The notes beneath the pieces were generated by a model. The model had not been told where the DNA came from. It worked only from the letters and a program-made list of their open reading frames with translations, and made no database searches. Positions 1 to 56,312 of a stretch of DNA of 60,745 nucleotides are shown here, in pieces (the stretch's first letter is position 1; each line of letters begins with the position of its first letter). Source of the DNA: Octopus bimaculoides (taxonomy: Eukaryota); contig NC_068997.1 of the NCBI RefSeq assembly GCF_001194135.2, positions 31,639,691 through 31,700,435 of the forward strand, in the 5' to 3' direction. The translations under genes and the position numbers were made by a program.

Positions 1-255
1 GGCCGGGGGCTTTCCCGGTCTTCATACTCTTAATTGCTTTATCTACCCGGTACTATCAACTCGGATAGCTGGTCCCTCTATTGGGTCGACATACGGCAGG
101 CTCTCTTCCTCCCATTCATTCTCTTTATTAAGCAATCTATCGTAGTGGCATCTCCAAACCTCTTTCTTTGCATCCTCATTTAGTGCAAGCGTACCATCAT
201 CCATGCGAACACATTTCTCTCCTACAACATCACTATTCTCTCTCCTACACTGTCT
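1..255 (-). mobile_element. RTE-clade LINE fragment (APE-RT linker), runs out of window
   Basis: Translation KCVRMDDGTLALNEDAKKEVWRCHYDRLLNKENEWEEESLPYVDP is clearly homologous to 15060-15250 of the RTE copy. Confidence 0.85.
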
Positions 256-257
256 TG

Positions 258-302
<45 letters not shown>

Positions 303-365
303 CGTATGTGTATTTCGTGTATATATATATATTCACACACACACACGTATGTATGTATGTATGTA

Positions 366-404
<39 letters not shown>

Positions 405-574
405 TTGTGTGTTTGGCCCCTACCACTGCTTGACAACTGCTGCTATTGTATTTGTATCTCCATAACTTAGTGCTTCAGCAAAAGAAACTGGCAGAATAAG
501 TACCAGGTTTTAAAAATGTTCTGGGGTCGATTTGTATGGCTATGACCTGATGGTTGTAAAAGGTTAAAAAATAC

Positions 575-889
575 ACATATATAGAAACCAACATCTACTA
601 CAAACCAATGACCTCCAAGCAGTTTCTACTATTTCCTTCATACCGCACAAATCAAACCGAATTTTCCATTTAACCTAGCTAGGAGAATCTGAACAATTGT
701 TTCTAATTTGGATATTCAGGATAAAAGACTCCTTGAATTAAAACAGGCATTACTTGAAAGAAAGTTCTCATCAAATCTAATAGAGAATGGAATAGAATGT
801 GCCAAAGCAATAGACATTGAAAAATTAGGAAAAGTCAAAACCAGTTTAGACACCTCAAAAACTCTTATCTCTAATTGCAGCACATACAG
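575..889 (+). mobile_element. Penelope-like element RT thumb fragment (decayed)
   Basis: ETNIYYKPMTSKQFLLF ... PFNLARRI*TIVSNLDIQDKRLLELKQALLERKFSSNLIENGIECAKAID, typical of the PLE RT C-terminus. Confidence 0.7.
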
Positions 890-1475
890 TAAGTAACTGT
901 AGAATATGTGGTGATGGGAAAGAAACAAGTCATATTGTCTTTGGCTGCCCAGTCTTGACCAAGAAGGAACATATCCACAGACATGACAGTGTTTGGACTT
1001 ATATACTCTGGAAGTTGTGCCAGCATCATTGAATAACAGCAGAAAAAAGATGGTATAACTTGAGAAGGGTCTCAGAAAATGGCATGGCAACCATACTCTG
1101 GGATATTCCAAAACACATAGATAGGGAGATCAAAGCTAACTGATTAGATATTGTCTTAGAGACGAAGAAAAATATTAACTCCTAATTGACATATCTGTCC
1201 CAATAGATGACATTTTATTTCTAAAAGAAATGAAAAAGCTACCAAAATACAAAGATCTGGAAATAGAGACAACCCAAATGTGGGACTTGAAAACAGAAGC
1301 AGTCCTTATAACAACATGCAGACAAATACATAACTAAAATCCCAAGACTTATGAATATATGTAAAATACAGAAGATAGCAATGCTAGACAGTACTGCATA
1401 TACTGCATATACCCAATGCATATACCCAATGCATATACCCAATGAAAGCACGCAATAAAAACAGGACTGTTGAAT
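890..1475 (+). mobile_element. 5'-truncated R4/Dong-type RLE non-LTR retrotransposon (CCHC knuckle + restriction-like endonuclease), ends in (TAA)n
   Basis: CRICGDGKETSHIVFGCPVL...RHDSVWTYILWKLC; ILWDIP..DREIKAN.LDIV; LLIDISVP; KYKDLEIE...MW. Confidence 0.85.
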
Positions 1476-1496
1476 AATAACAATAATAATAGTAAT

Positions 1497-2158
1497 TACG
1501 ATTTCAAATTTTTGCACAGGGCCAGCAGATTTTGAGGGGAGAGGAAGTTGATTACATCAACCACAGTGCTCCACAGGTACTCATACCATCAACCATAATA
1601 GGATGAAAGGCAAAGTCAACCTTGGCAATGCTTGAACTCAGAATGTGAAAATAGGTGAAATACCGCTAAGCATTTTTGTTTGGCTTCCTAATGCTTTTAC
1701 CAGCTTTCTGCCTTAATAATAATAACAATCCTTTCTACTATAGACACAAGGCCTGAAATTTGGTGGGAAAGGGGACAAGTATATCGACCCCAGTACTTAA
1801 CTGGTACCAATTTTATCCACCCCAAAAGAATGAAAAACAAAGTTGACCTCAGGAGAATTTGAACTTAGAATGTAAAGATGGATGAAATGCTGCTAAGAAT
1901 TTTGTCTGCTGTGCTAATGATTCTGCCAGCTTACTGCCTTAACATCTTAATAATCCTTTCTTCTAAAGGCACAAGGCCTAAAATTTTGGAGGAGGGGACT
2001 AGGCAATTACACCAACCCCAGTATTTCATTGGCATTTAATTTATTGACCCTGAAAGGATGAAAGGCACAGTCAACCTCAGTGGAATTTGAACTCAGAATG
2101 TAGCAATGGGTGAAATAACGCTAAGAATTTTGCCCGGCGTGCTAATGATTCTGTCAGT
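1497..2158 (-). mobile_element. Three head-to-tail copies of SINE family B (tRNA-derived, Nin/Deu-like central domain)
   Basis: Copies ~1497-1714, 1728-1940 and 1951-2158 share ggtac...atcgacccc.aaaggatgaaaggcaaagtcaacct..g..gaatttgaactcagaa; they are separated and flanked by TAA-rich spacers. Confidence 0.85.
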
Positions 2159-2629
2159 ATAATAATAATAATAACAATAATAATAAGAATAATCTTCACT
2201 ACCATCACCATAATCTTCACTCATTTGTCATGTAGTATATATCATCTATAAATATACACATGTAAAATGTATATGTATTATGATATACAATACATAGCAG
2301 ATGTATATGACATCTAATATGACATCAGATGAGGAAAACAACTCTTGTCACAAGAAAAAAGGAGAATTTATAGTTTGATTTGTATTAAAAGGAATAAAGT
2401 TTATCCAAAATAATTGATTGTTAAGTATTGTACCTGTCTGGTGTTGTAAGTACAAATACATTGACAACACAAGATAATGTGAAAAAAAAGTCACTCCAGC
2501 ATCTTGGGAAATTCGAGACAGTCTTATGATCATATGACTGTTAGACAATAATTTCAGATGAAGTGCTAATCTTGACAAGTTATTAACAATGAAAATAAAT
2601 TGCAAATAACCACACAAGTAATGTGACAG

Positions 2630-2976
2630 ATAAATTAATGAGTCATTTAACTGGCACTCTGTTGGTTATGATGACAAGGGTCTCTGTAGATCCAATCAAC
2701 GGAACAGCCTGCTTGTGAAATTAACATGCACGTGGCTGAGCACTCCACAGACATGCATACCTTTAAAATAGTTCTCAGGCTGATTCAGTGTGACACAGAA
2801 TGTGACAAGGCTGGCCCTTTGAATTACAGGTATCATTTAGTTTTGCCATGCTGAGAGGACTGTAGCAATGAGAAATAGTGTCTTGCTCAAGGATACAATG
2901 TGCTCCCAGACATCAAACTCATGGCTTTATGAGTGTGAGGTGCATACTCCTAACCACTAAGCCACATGCCTTCACA
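2630..2976 (-). mobile_element. SINE family C copy
   Basis: Contains ...gtcttgctcaaggatacaa...aaccactaagccacatgccttcac (reverse of a tRNA-like head); recurs at 28605, 39815, 42968, 47225 and 58231. Confidence 0.75.
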
Positions 2977-3659
2977 TGTGTCATTTAATGTGTTCTTGAT
3001 AGAGTTACAGTCATTCAATAACTTGTGGTTCTAAGTTCAAATCCTGCACAAGTCAATGTAGTTATTTATGTTTTAAGTTTGATGAAGTAAGTATCCAAAT
3101 CTTTCACTATTTTCTTAGTAGCTTAGTTTATACCAGGTTACTTGAATTTCTAGGTGTTCAGCTACAACCAAAATTGTCATTTACATGATTTACATCATGG
3201 AACATAGATGTTAAATGATGAAGTTGATATGTATATGTGGATGTGAGTGTGTTCGTTTGTGTGAGTGTGTGTGTGTGTGTGTGTGTGTCAGTGTGTATAC
3301 ACAAACACCCATTATTATTATTTATATTATTATTACTGAGTGAGAGAGTAGAGCATGCCATCAAAGTGATACTGGGGTACAAATATATGAAACCCAATAT
3401 ACCCATCATGACTACCCGTCTGATAAGGGTACACCAGGCACATGCATTACAACCATATGTGTGCAACATAGTGATCTCATATCAAGATAAACAACACATA
3501 ACCTTTCAGGTGGGGCCCAGTTAGAATTTTCTTCAGGTCAAGTAACTCATCCCACTCAAAAGGTCCCTGAATAAGGTTTGTTTAGGAATGATGAACAAAA
3601 CACCCATGGTTCCAGAGATGAATTATTCAAACACCAAAAAATTCCTCTCAACACATGAC

Positions 3660-5520
3660 ACTATTCCAATTTCCTTTATATTCCTTTTATGTCTTCTGAT
3701 ACTGTTCTCAAGGACCCAACAATAATTGGCACTATCTTCACCTTCTTCATTTTCCAGAACCAGGCTATTTCGTACCTAAAAGGGTTCTATATATCTATCT
3801 TTTCACCTTCCTTCTTGATTATTCATGGACCAAGGGAGCATGCAACGTCAACTATATAACATATGTGGTGTCCTTGTCCGCCACCACTAGGTCTGGTCTG
3901 TAATGCTCTAGCACCTGATCTATTTGGATTGGTAAATCCCAGAAGATTTTGCTAGTCTCCGACTCTGCAGTTTGTGCTTACACCATGTCTTGCCTCTCTC
4001 TAGCCCCTGCTTTTCGTACAGTTTCCAATGTAGCACTTTTGCTACCTGGTCGTGTCGCCACTTGTAGTGGTCTTGGGTGTCAAAGGCATTCGTTCGTGAT
4101 ATAGGCAATGGTTTCATCCACTCTATCGCAGATGCGGCACAGTGGAGACACTTGCTCATTGCTAAGGTTGACCCTCCAGTTCATGGTCAAAGCTTGGTCT
4201 TGCGCTGCCAGTATAGTGCTCTCAGTCTCTTTTTTTTTTAGGGTTCCTTTCATCAGCCAATTCCACCTATTTTTTCCAGCAACTTCTGTTGTGGCTACAT
4301 GGAATTGATTGTGTAGTCCCTTCTTGCGTAATTCTTCTTTATGTCCTTTTTGTACTTCTTACTTTGTTTTCCCTTTTTCACTGCTCTCAATACTCCCTCG
4401 TTCCTAACTGCCTCTTGCAAGGTTTCCTTACTTTGGGTTAGGTATCTCATTAAGCTCTCAAGTTCGATATGCACACAATCTTCTACACTTATCAGTCCCC
4501 TTCCTCCATTTCCTCTCTACATAGGTGATCAGCATCTGCATGTGGATGATGGGCTCTATGCATTAAGTGCTTTCTTGACTTCTTGTCCATCTCCTTTAGC
4601 TCCTCCTCTGTCCACTTCAGGATTCCAGCACCATACTGAACTACTGCGAGTGCGCTTGTGTTTATTGCTGAAATTATATTTTCTGGCATTCAGCTTTGAA
4701 GCCAATATTTTTCTCACTCACTGCAGGTACGCTCTTTTTTTTTTTCTTTTCTTTCTTGTTGTGGTGTTTGATTTCATCTGTCTCAAGTATTCCTAGGTAT
4801 CTATAGCTGGATTGAGGTTGAATTGCCTTCATGATTTCACCACTCAGCAACCATATGCCTTCTTTCCTGACAAGCTTTCCTTGTCTCATCACCATCGTAA
4901 CACATTTTGAGAGTTCTAACTCCATTTTAATATCACTGGAGACAATCTGCACAAACTGGACTAAGCTTTCCAGTTCTGCTTCAGTTTTGTGAATAGCTTC
5001 AGGTCATCCATGAATAGCAAGTGGTTTAGTTTTCTCTTACCGCTTCCCAGATCATAACCCTGTTCCCTGTAGTATTTCACTCAAGGGGATCATTCCCAGC
5101 ATGAATATAAGTGGAGATACACTATTCTCCTGGAAGATTCCTTTCTTGATTTTCACCTTTCTTAGTACTTCCTAGTGCTTCCCTGCTGTCAATTCTGTTC
5201 TCCTGTATTTCATGCTATTCCATATAAGGTTTTTCATATTCTCTGCTACTCAATACATTTCCATTGTTCTTATTATCCAAAAGTGTGGTATATCATATCA
5301 TATGCTTTGCAATAATCAACCCATGCCATGCTCAGGATGTATGTTTTCTTTTGCAGTTCCTGATAATTAGATTATCAATTAACAGCTGATCCTTTGTTCC
5401 CCAGCTCCTTTTTGTAGCACCCTTTCTGTTCAGTGGGTAGCAGCCCACTTTTTTCCAAGTATCTGAGCAGTTCACTGGCCAAAGCACCTGACATTAGTTT
5501 CCACATTAGCAGAAGGCATG
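3660..5520 (-). mobile_element. Decayed R4/Dong-type RLE LINE (RT + zinc knuckle + RLE), 5'-truncated
   Basis: KKGIFQENS, NHLLFMDDLKLF, YRYLGILE, AINT..AVVQYGAGILKWTEEEL, RHDQVAKVLHWKL, RPDLVVADK/IVDVAC; many frameshifts and stops. Confidence 0.88.
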
Positions 5521-6347
5521 TTATTAGTCTATGAATGTGAAAGATTTATGGGTGTGTAAATTTAATTTTTTAATTGAAATACAACAACAATAAAAAAAAT
5601 ATTTAATTTAAGGAGATGGAAACTATGAAATTCCTTTTGGGGTCTTTGATATTTTTTCCTTACCTCAATGATGCCAGTGGCATATATAAAAAGTCCCCTT
5701 AGAATAAAAAGTGTAGAATTATATTACCACTCTCAAATTAGAGAAACAAACACACATAACATTTTTTTTAGAACTTCATTGCATGAGACCGATACCATGA
5801 AATTCCTCAAATTGACTCCTATCATTTAAGCTTAATTAAAATATAGTTTGTTTGCAAAATAAAGTTATCTATACGTAAATACAGTTTTTTGTCTTATAAT
5901 TTTTTGTGATATTTTACCTCACAACTTTTTTGATACACATTTTTATTGCATGGGACAAAAACTATGAAATTCTTCAATCTTTCTTCTATCATTGAAGCTA
6001 AGATAAATATATTTTTCTTTTAAAATAAAAAAGATATTTAGATCTAAACTTGATTGGTGGCCTTATTTACTCTCCTATAACATCACTACAAATTTTGATG
6101 TAAACTTTTTTCTACTGGACCAAATCTCAATTTTTTTATGCCAAAATGTAGCTAGGGACAAGTCCTCAAAAATGTCAACAGTGTTCCATTTAGTTAAGAA
6201 TTGAATTAGTGACAAGCTCTAAAAGCTGCTGCATGTAAGTAAATTGTGGCCTTAAGAATATTATTCAACTACTACCATAGTTGAATGATATGCATATACA
6301 TAGGAATTAATCTTCTCTTTTCGCTCCTTTGTACCACATGAGTTCAA

Positions 6348-6432
6348 CTCACCTCCTCTCTGCATCCGACACCAACCTCACCTCCTCTCTGCATCTGACA
6401 CCAACCTCACCTCCTCTCTTTATGACACCAAC
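6348..6432. repeat. 29-bp minisatellite, ~3 copies, followed by a degenerate CA-rich tract to ~6860
   Basis: Unit ctcacctcctctctgcatc(c/t)gacaccaac at 6348 and 6377; third copy (27 nt) at 6406. Confidence 0.9.
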
Positions 6433-7289
6433 TCCACACACACTAGCAGTGACCACTTCTCAGCACCCACACCACACATCATCATGCACACACCATCATC
6501 TACATCCCACACACTGTTATCCACACACCCACACACCATCTTCAATAGCGTCACACATATACCACTATATGAGCAGCCACACACACTGTTTAACTTAGTA
6601 CACACACCACACAAGCACATAACACCTGAACACAGACAATATATACACACACATGCAGCATACATAGACAAAGATAACTTTCACCCACATACATACATCA
6701 TACACACTGTTTGATCACAGACACACATGTGCACACATCACGTGAAAAAACACACGTCAACTGCTACACACACAAACACACAAATCAGAGTCACTCGCCC
6801 CTATTCACACACACACAGTTATGCATTCACTCATGCCATTCTCACAAACACAAGCCAGATGCAACCTCAAAAACTGGTTTATCAGTCAGCATCATTAGAC
6901 TGTGGCCGGCATAATGGAATAGGAGCTTTATTTGCATATTCAAAACGTTTCCTGTAAACAAATTTGAAAGATATCTATCTATCTATCTATACACACACAC
7001 ACACATATATATATTACTAATTTAGAGACGAACCCCCACTCTACAACTCAGTCAACTCAGAACCCGTCCAAATCCATGCTGTGAGGCATATACCATCTTA
7101 ATATATCTAAGATTTTAATCTAAAAATTTAAATTAAATAATATATTACACAAATAAATCATATAAATAAATCATAGAAATATTAATTTTTTTTTAAATTT
7201 AAAAGTTAAAATTATAAATTGGACAGTAAAAATTAATACGATAATATACAGTATAGAAGTATAGATGTAAAAAGTTTGTGCTAGTATAT

Positions 7290-7402
7290 AGAATACGCGC
7301 GTTTCATGACTGAAATAGGACTATATAAAATTATAAACAAATTCTATCCGAGTTCATTAGAATGGGGAAATGATTTTACTCCCCAAATCAGTCACTTTTC
7401 TG
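7290..7402 (-). ncRNA. Putative hammerhead-ribozyme-like motif of the PLE pseudo-LTR (degenerate core in this copy)
   Basis: Minus strand: CAGAAAA (CTGAAGA in copy 2)-GTGACTGA...TCAGTCAT-GAAAC-GCGC-GT-A; stem I not evident. Confidence 0.5.
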
Positions 7403-7456
7403 GTCAAATCCCTAAAATACCTATAATCATTCAAGGAATAAACATAAACACGAGAA

Positions 7457-7487
<31 letters not shown>

Positions 7488-7772
7488 CATATATAAAGAT
7501 ACAAAATCTGTAAACTAATCCCTACATTAACGGTATTAATATAATTATTGAGAGTTACAATCTAAAAATATTGAAAAAAGAGTATTATAGTAAACAAGGT
7601 TAAAACATTATGGAATAAGTAGATAATAGTAAAACAATGTGTTAGTGTATACAGTTACTAAAAGACGTATGTCAATATTGCTTATAAAATTAAAATTAAA
7701 ATAAGAAAACATGACTTATCTGCCGGTGGGTAAGTGTAGACTAAATCAAAATGACTGTATAGAATCTATACT

Positions 7773-8200
7773 AAAAGGTCACGTGATAAATATGGTGTCT
7801 ATTACCCAGAAGTACATGCGTATTATAATTTCTAAAATAATAACGAAAATATCGAAAAAGAAAATCTACCGAAAATAAAAAGATTCTTAAGGATTAAACA
7901 TACTAAAATACTTAAACTTGCAAATTAACGCAGAGTAATAACTATACACATACGAAAATTCTATATTACGTAAACAATGCTATGAAAATTAATACTGAAA
8001 AGTCACGTGATAAGCATAGCGTCCATTACCAGAGGTAAACACGTATCATAATTACTAAAATAATAACGAAAATATCGAAAAAGAAAAACCTACCTAAAAT
8101 AAAAAGTTTATTGAAGATTAATAATACTAAAATACTTAAAACTCTCAGATTTACACAGAATAATAACTATACCAAATACTTAAAAAATGTTATGAAAACT
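7773..8200. repeat. ~225-bp tandem duplication inside the PLE 3' non-coding region
   Basis: Units start aaaaggtcacgtgataa (7773) and aaaagtcacgtgataa (7998); the same pair occurs at ~60308 and ~60534. Confidence 0.88.
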
Positions 8201-11134
8201 TGTAAAAGATTGCTCATGTTATCGATGAAGACTTAAAGTAAAGGTAGTTATGTGTTTCTATTTGCATAACATTGAGATGATTAAAGTGTATTCTAAAGCT
8301 AATTTGATGTATCTTACGCTACTGATCATAACTATAAGTTGGTACCTAATCCTAGGTTTAAGTAAATAAGTTAGTTATCTAAACTTATTATATAAGTAAT
8401 TTAATTTATGTCTGAATTTAATATTACGTTCATCGTGGGAGTTAATCAATTTTTTATTGGCTAATAATATCTCTTTAAATTCATTAGTACATACTAAGCA
8501 GAATTGATTCCCTATCCTATATGATTTAGCCTTGCAAACTATTTCCCATTTTAACTCGTATTCTATTCTCTTTGATTTAAGTTCCCTAATATATTTACTA
8601 AGGCCCATAGAGTTCATTAAATTTCTGTTCTTAAAAGAATTCATAAGTTGGGCCACTCGGAATTTAATTTTATTGGAAGTCGATCCAATGTAAGTAGTAT
8701 TTATGTTATCATTATTACTACAGTTATTATCCTTCAAAATCACTATACATTTGTATACTACGTCCTCAACGTTACATCTATTTTAAAATTTACATTTAGT
8801 CCTATCTCTACAATTACAATCAATTATATTTTGGACTTCAATGGAGGTATTACTTAATTTATTATTGTAAAACTTATTTAATTTAAATTTATTAAAGGAT
8901 GAAATGATATTGCCAACATTATTAGTGGTAGAGTAACCAACTCCAAAATTATTGCTAGAAAATGTGTCCTTATATTTCTTGTTGTCTTTAATAAATATCT
9001 TAATTATATTTAAAATCTCTTTAATAATGTTAGTTTTTACCTGTATCCCATAGGGAATTATTAACCATATTTTATTCTTCTTATTATTATTACTATGAGG
9101 TTTTTTGTTCATATTACTACCTATCTCTGGCTTTAGGTGGTTCTGTATACTGTGTATTCGTCATTTAAGTTACCTTTTAAATTATAATTATATTTAGAAT
9201 TGTTGAAAAATTTAATATCATGATTATATCCCGCCTTATGAAACGCTTCATTATAATATAGTGCATGTTTATTGAATATCTCATAGTTGGAAGAAAGTAC
9301 TGAAATTCTTTTCCCTATATTATTTACTAATGCTTTCTTAATAGAAGGTGGATGGTTACTCTTAACGTTAATATATTTCAGGTTTTCGTTAATTTTATGG
9401 TAAGGTTGGGTTATACCTGTTATTAAGTTGAAATTTACATCTAAGTAGTTGACATTGCTATATTCGTTATTAATTTAAAAACCTAAGCCCATTTCTTTTA
9501 AAGAAACTGTAAATTTTCTTCTTATATATTTCTAAAGTTCTATTCGTGCTATTTTTCGTTATTAGCAAGAGGTCATCTCTGTATAATCCACCCTCTAATT
9601 TAAGATTTTCTAATTGGAGTTCTGTTAATAAATAAATTCCTACTAGGTCTATAACCTGAGCAGAGTCCAGTGATCTCATAGGGATATCAAAAAATCCCTG
9701 GTATCTTTTCTAGCCCACAATTTATTATTGTACCTAATAAACGATTTTTTCGCCATTTTTACTACCTTAAATTCCTCCTTAGTCATTCCCACCTTATTCA
9801 TAGCATATATTAAGGCCTTATTAATCACTATTTCATTAACAGATGAATAATAATCCTCTATGTCTATTTGGATAAATTTGTAACTACTACTGTCTTTAAT
9901 ATCTTTAAACCATTTAAAATTATTATTAATGCTACTCCAGAGTTTCAGGTAATTTAGGTTATTTAGTTTATTAATATATTTGTCTAAAATTAACTTACTT
10001 AATTTCCCTAAATCCGATTTACTGGGACATATTAGTCTTACTTTAGGGTCCGAGTAGAAATTGTCTTTATGATCCTTTATAGTTATCCTAGGGTGCATCG
10101 GTACATATGGTTCCATTTTATTGTCTATCTCATATTTTTCCATGATTAACCGAGTGGCTTTATTAATATTATAAATGGTATCTTCCGGGACAATTTTATA
10201 TTTTTTATTTATTTCCTTTCCTAAAAGTTTATCATATAATTTTGTATCTAACTTATACAGGTTGCCAGTTTTATCAGATTGTACTACTATTCCCTCGACA
10301 TTACGCATTTCTTTTATTTTAATTCCTAAGTTTCTTAAGTATTCATTATGTCTGTTTGGGTATTTTTAAAACTTAATGTTGTTAACCACCTTCCAAATTT
10401 TGTCTTCCAGGGACTAAATTTCCCTATTATATGGGGATTCCCTTTTAGTTTTAAATTGAGAGCTTATATAATTGGTATTCTCTACATCTTTAATGTTGGC
10501 AATGTTACAGTTCTTATAGTGAGCTATCCATTTTATTCTATTAATAAACTCCTTTATATTATTAATAAGTTTAATGGTATATTCCCTTTTAAATGGAATA
10601 GGGATGTCCTTCAATGAAGATTCCCAGAGTAGTGGTTCAATCCTACCTGTAAGTTCCATAATAAACGAAAATCGAAGGTAAAACCTAAAACAATAGTCGT
10701 ATTATAAATACATTAAAAGTATTATAGTAATAATAATATTAGAGAATGAAAAATTTATTCCAACCTTACAGGCAAAAATTGGTATAATATTACACCGGGT
10801 TTCCTAATATATAATATATATGTATATTACTAATTTAGAGATGAACCCCCACTAATTGTAGAAATAATCATGTTTATTGCTAATGAAACAGACACTGATT
10901 ACAATTAAATTACAAGATTGGGCTTTTCTACTTTTTATTCTCACTATGTCTGTGCAATAACATTAATCTTTTATACTTTACATTTATATAACATAGACAA
11001 TGTTTATGCAACATATGTACTCTTTGCATAACATGCATAGCAATCACATGATACACATACTATCTACATACCGTTAGCATAATATACATACCATTTATAT
11101 ATCATTAATACCATTTATACAACATACTACTTAC

Positions 11135-11236
11135 ATGAAATGCATATGCAAAAAACAACATAGCTTCTGCTTGCAAGTGATTATGACTTGGTGACATGCA
11201 CCAGATTTTTGCTAATTGTTTAGGGTGTCTGAGTAG
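11135..11236 (-). CDS. Candidate next dynein-like exon E17 (unconfirmed)
   Basis: tgcatgcag/CTA...CAT/gtaagt, open in phase 0: LLRHPKQLAKIWCMSPSHNHLQAEAMLFFAYAFH. Splice signals are good but similarity to dynein is weak. Confidence 0.3.
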
Positions 11237-11596
11237 CTGCATGCAAACATAGATGCCTTGGCCATTCCACTATTGATCAGTGGAACTTCAAGAATGGTAA
11301 AGCTAGAGGGAGAGAGGGCTGCACCAACATTTAGCTGGCACTAATTTCCAGTTGAATAGATCAGAACAACCTAAAGTTAAGTGCTTTGCTCAAGAACACA
11401 ACACTCTGCCAAATTTAGGAACTGAACCTACAACCTTATGACTGTAAACTCATACCCTTACTATTATGCCATGCTTCTTCATAACATATATACCATTTAT
11501 TTAACAGTTAAAAGCACTTTCAAGTTAAAGTGCATACAACAAATAATTTCAATAATGGCTAATTCTTTCTATCAAATATTTTCTTTTAATACTCAC

Positions 11597-55652
<44,056 letters not shown>

Positions 55653-56312
55653 CTGGAAAGATACAAAAATAATGTGTAAAATTTTAAAGTAATTCATGAG
55701 GAAATTGCATGTTCTTTTATTATTTAACACTCATAGGTTGTGGCTTTCATAAAACACAAAAGCGAACGAGCACATACATAACAAATGTATATGCACAGAC
55801 ACATTAGATGTATATATCCATATATCTGTATATATAAATAGTTGTAAAAGAATGTCATCATCATGCAAGCAGTGTCCTTCCTTCCAGATCTTCTATGAGG
55901 ACATGTTTGGTTATGGGGAAATATTAACTTACCTGGAAGCAGGTAAGGGTTGGGGACAGAAAAGCATCTGGCCATAGAAAATATACCTCAACAAAATTTT
56001 GTCAAACGTAATCAAGCATGGATAAGTGGACATAAAAATGAGGATGATGATATATATAAATAAACAAAGGAATGAAGATGACAGAAATATATTCTTAAAC
56101 CAGTGATAATCATTTCAATAATAAGCAGACTTTTTAAATCAATCAACATGATGGGTTATATATATATATATCCCTTTCTCACTCTCTGGGAGAGAGGCAC
56201 CAGCACATACACAGACATATACACACACAGCAGCAACTTCCACCTACCAAATTCAATCATATATAAATTATTTAAAGCCATACAAAACTAAATGACATAA
56301 GGTAATGAGCTA

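Larger units (their letters stand above)
7012..10853 (-). mobile_element. Penelope-like retroelement, near full length (RT + C-terminal GIY-YIG endonuclease), disrupted by a few stops/frameshifts
   Basis: N-term SLKDIPIP..EY..KLI; SDKTGN; RT IQIDIEDYYSSV, SAQVIDLVGIYLL, GLYRDDLLL; EN CNCRDRTKC...VVYKC...YIGST...LSKYI.ELK...CLVC. 29-bp terminal direct repeat at 7012-7040 and 10825-10853; abuts a (TA)n/(CA)n tract. Confidence 0.93.

Noticed and set aside
43-470. Overlapping HT/YI/CV-rich ORFs here and at 3158, 6329, 20324, 32713, 37147, 44072 and elsewhere
   Set aside because: Translations of (TA)n, (CA)n, (CT)n and (TACA)n microsatellites; not genes.
2348-2617. Minus ORF considered as a downstream dynein exon
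   Set aside because: No recognisable motif, and the phase-0 frame from the nearest acceptor stops early.
6348-6432. Short direct-repeat array, considered as CRISPR-like
   Set aside because: Units are contiguous with no unique spacers, the context is eukaryotic and there are no cas genes; it is a minisatellite.
10348-10617. Plus-strand ORFs antisense to the PLE, R4 and RTE coding regions (also 4341, 8648, 13794, 15371)
   Set aside because: Shadow ORFs opposite transposon reading frames, with no independent signal.
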